From Thermoproteota archaeon (GTDB lineage: Archaea; Korarchaeota; JAOZGF01; JAOZFZ01): 20,577 bases of DNA. How positions within the stretch are numbered: the stretch's first letter is position 1; each line of letters starts with the position of its first letter. The DNA lies in NCBI GenBank assembly GCA_027492035.1, contig JAOZFT010000041.1:1-20577 (forward strand), given 5' to 3'. The translations under genes and the position numbers were made by a program. Below are positions 18,554-20,577 of the stretch, piece after piece. The notes below the pieces were generated by a model. It was not told the origin of the DNA and did not search any database. It saw nothing but the letters and a program-made list of their open reading frames with translations.

Positions 18554-19266
18554 TACTCCAGCACCTCATTAATTATTAGTTTCCATTTTCTGTTTTTAAC
18601 CCCTGTTGAAGGGGAGAATGGGTTTAGTTTCACAAAATTCCCCGTTAAACCTTTTTTAGTGCGGGTGGAGATATCTACGCCTTTCAACTCTAATAGATAA
18701 CCTAGTCTTTTCAGTAAGGCGTCTGACCTCATCCTTAATGCATAATTTAAAGTTTTATCTAGATCCAGATTTGAATGGGTTAAAGCAAAAAATGTTTCTT
18801 GGATAGGGCAATATTTCGGTAGATATAAGCTGTCAATGATTGCTTTTTCCACTTCTGCGACAAACAGAAACTTATTGTTTAAAATTTCCCTTTTAAACCC
18901 GAAAAATCTATGCTTTTGAAACTTTACAAACTTTATGGAGGTGTTGTTGCAGCGAATTTCCTTTCTCTGCTTTAATGAAACCACAAAATAGGTGTTAGGT
19001 ATTTGTGTTGTTAACTTATGGTAGCTGAGAGCAGAAAGAAACGAAATGTAAGAGGGAAAAACCACGTTAGATGCAACTAAAAAGGGGTTAGACTCGATGA
19101 AATACTTGCCCTTTTCTAATCTAAACAATAAACCCTTCTTAACTAAACGGTTTATAAAAACCTTTGTATATCCTTCACTCTTATTCAAAATTTTAACGAG
19201 ATCAGGAAATTCAAAAACAGCTCTCCTAGAGTTACGCAGGACACTTAGAAACTTATAACTTTTCAT
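18553..19266 (-). CDS. abiEi: Type IV TA antitoxin, AbiEi-family transcriptional regulator
   Basis: N-terminal winged helix (RLVKKGLLFRLEKGKY), PSYISFLSALSYHKLTTQIP, EKAIIDSL and KRLGYLLE motifs. Confidence 0.92.
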   Translation of the reverse strand: MKSYKFLSVLRNSRRAVFEFPDLVKILNKSEGYTKVFINRLVKKGLLFRLEKGKYFIESNPFLVASNVVFPSYISFLSALSYHKLTTQIPNTYFVVSLKQRKEIRCNNTSIKFVKFQKHRFFGFKREILNNKFLFVAEVEKAIIDSLYLPKYCPIQETFFALTHSNLDLDKTLNYALRMRSDALLKRLGYLLELKGVDISTRTKKGLTGNFVKLNPFSPSTGVKNRKWKLIINEVLE

Positions 19267-19298
19267 GAATGAACCTATTGTGTTTTTATATTATTAAA

Positions 19299-19316
19299 GT
19301 TATCTTTTTTGATAAC
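19299..19316. promoter_or_regulatory. Inverted repeat in the abiE promoter (candidate AbiEi operator)
   Basis: GTTATC-T6-GATAAC, 33-50 bp upstream of the abiEi ATG and next to an AT-rich TATA-like tract. Confidence 0.5.
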
Positions 19317-19387
19317 CATAAATCTACAAATGAACTTTTGAAAATATTATGAGAAACCAAATTTAGGGCTTAGAAATTGGTAAGCAA

Positions 19388-19940
19388 TTACGGTTTTTCA
19401 GACTCTCTTTCAAACCCAAATTCCTCTGCAGCCCTCAACAACCATTCAGCCCTTTTCCACCTTAATTGTTCAACGTTCAAGGGGACGTGACCCTGGATAT
19501 TGAGTCGTCTAGTAAACTGTTTGACCCCCTACTTCACCAATGAAGCAGGAAACAACTTCATCCCTGCCAAGCCCCCTATTTCTCTGTATAAAAATGCATA
19601 GGTCGCGCACTATGAAGGCTCATGCCCCCTCTAAAACCCTTCCTCGCTCCGCAATCCAGCTTAAATCAAAGTGAAGAGACACAGGTCTTACAGCCCCAGT
19701 TTTCTTTTTACCATGGATTAAAGGGGTTTCAGCTTTAACTTTCCACTTAATCTTAGATAAAACTTCATAGTAAAGGTTAACATCTATTTTAATAGAGGGT
19801 TTAGCCTCTATTTCCTCTACACATAAATTAGTACTGGTTATGAGCAGTAAACCTATGCCTTCCCCCTGACAAACCTCTTTAACATATCCTTGTAACTCAG
19901 GGTTTGAAAGATACTTGTCTCTCCATGTGCCAAAAAAATC
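19388..19940 (-). pseudogene. Decayed gene, possibly a PD-(D/E)xK nuclease-like protein
   Basis: About 100 open codons with no start (..YVKEVCQGEGIGLLLITSTNLCVEEIEAKPS..), followed by stop-interrupted protein-like sequence ending at TAA 19388-19390. Confidence 0.4.
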
Positions 19941-20137
19941 TAGAGAAGAAGGTAATAATAAAGTGGAAGGAAATAGGGGCTGTGTAAATAAAGGGTTTCG
20001 AGGTGCTGTTTAGTAATAGTTGAAGCAAATCTAATAAATCTGGCTCTTTTAAGCTTAATTAATCCTTGTAAAGGATTTGTGCTTGCCGATCCAGGCTTAA
20101 ATAGAAATTTTTCTTTTTATTCTCCCTCATGTTGGTC

Positions 20138-20440
20138 TCACCCAAACTTCCTTTCAAGCCATTCAAATTTCCCCTTAAAATCATAGAACTCCTTAACATT
20201 CTTAATGTCTAGAAGAGTTATCTTATCTTTAAGTTTATGTAGTTCACCGAGAAACCAGCCTTATAAACGCTTACTTCAAACGGAACAAGGAGCAGAGTTT
20301 CTCTCTAACAGGCCATCAAGGCATCTAAACTCCACCAGCTGAAAAACCATGTCACCTTAAATAACAACCACATAATCTTTCTTTTATCCATTCTTCCTTT
20401 CAGAAAAACACCCTGAAGAATAGCTCCTCTCCACTTTAAA
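20138..20440 (-). pseudogene. Possible decayed gene of unknown family
   Basis: One frame stays protein-like through several stops: KKDYVVVI*GD...SKRL*GWFLGELHKLKDKITLLDIKNVKEFYDFKGKFEWLERKFG*. Confidence 0.25.
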
Positions 20441-20486
20441 GCTGAAAAAGCACAGGTCTGTAAAGGTAAAAACAAGTTTTGCCTAT

Positions 20487-20577
20487 TTACGTCTTCATGG
20501 GCCATGTCCTCTTTACATGTGTCCTGTCAAAGTCTCTGTCCTCAGTAGCTATTACTTGTACACCATTATTGTCTATC
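20487..20577 (-). CDS. 3' end of a VapC PIN-domain toxin (runs off the window)
   Basis: IDNNGVQVIATEDRDFDRTHVKRTWPMKT*, the typical PIN C-terminal I.T.D.DF motif. Not in the ORF track. Confidence 0.8.
   Translation of the reverse strand, partial: IDNNGVQVIATEDRDFDRTHVKRTWPMKT

Noticed and set aside
116-18700. Antisense or alternate-frame ORFs in the track (116-424, 452-634, 1299-1505, 1516-1755, 3726-3911, 4038-4370, 5243-5461, 5968-6799, 8302-8490, 9545-9736, 10912-11094, 11706-12053, 12126-12308, 13862-14089, 16227-16430, 18195-18700)
   Set aside because: They shadow well-supported genes or remnants and contain no recognisable motifs.
20305-20505. 66-aa ORF from the track
   Set aside because: Overlaps the vapC 3' end and a more protein-like decayed frame; no motifs.

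Overview
AT-rich archaeal DNA, judged from GGTGA/GAGGTG ribosome-binding sites, BRE/TATA promoters with probable leaderless starts, and TACK-like pyruvate kinase and SerB signatures. The window looks like an accessory or defence-type island mixed with a few metabolic genes. It holds five toxin-antitoxin loci: (1) a PIN toxin between two paralogous antitoxins that share an exact 60-bp repeat, (2) an intact AbrB/VapC pair, (3) a decayed AbrB/VapC pair, (4) an AbiEi/AbiEii pair whose toxin has lost a catalytic Asp, and (5) a VapC cut by the right edge. It also encodes a stand-alone CARF protein with no effector domain and no CRISPR/cas genes in view, a DUF4143 AAA+ ATPase with paired palindromic operators, two HhH DNA glycosylases, a UPF0282 metallo-beta-lactamase-fold protein, an amidohydrolase, an old-yellow-enzyme flavoprotein, a CxxC thioredoxin-like protein and pyk. 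Several long gaps between ORFs contain gene remnants missed by the ORF track (frameshifted serB, aspartic protease, dCTP deaminase, DUF1697, HEPN, winged helix, possible nuclease). All family calls come from motif recognition by eye; no database search was run.
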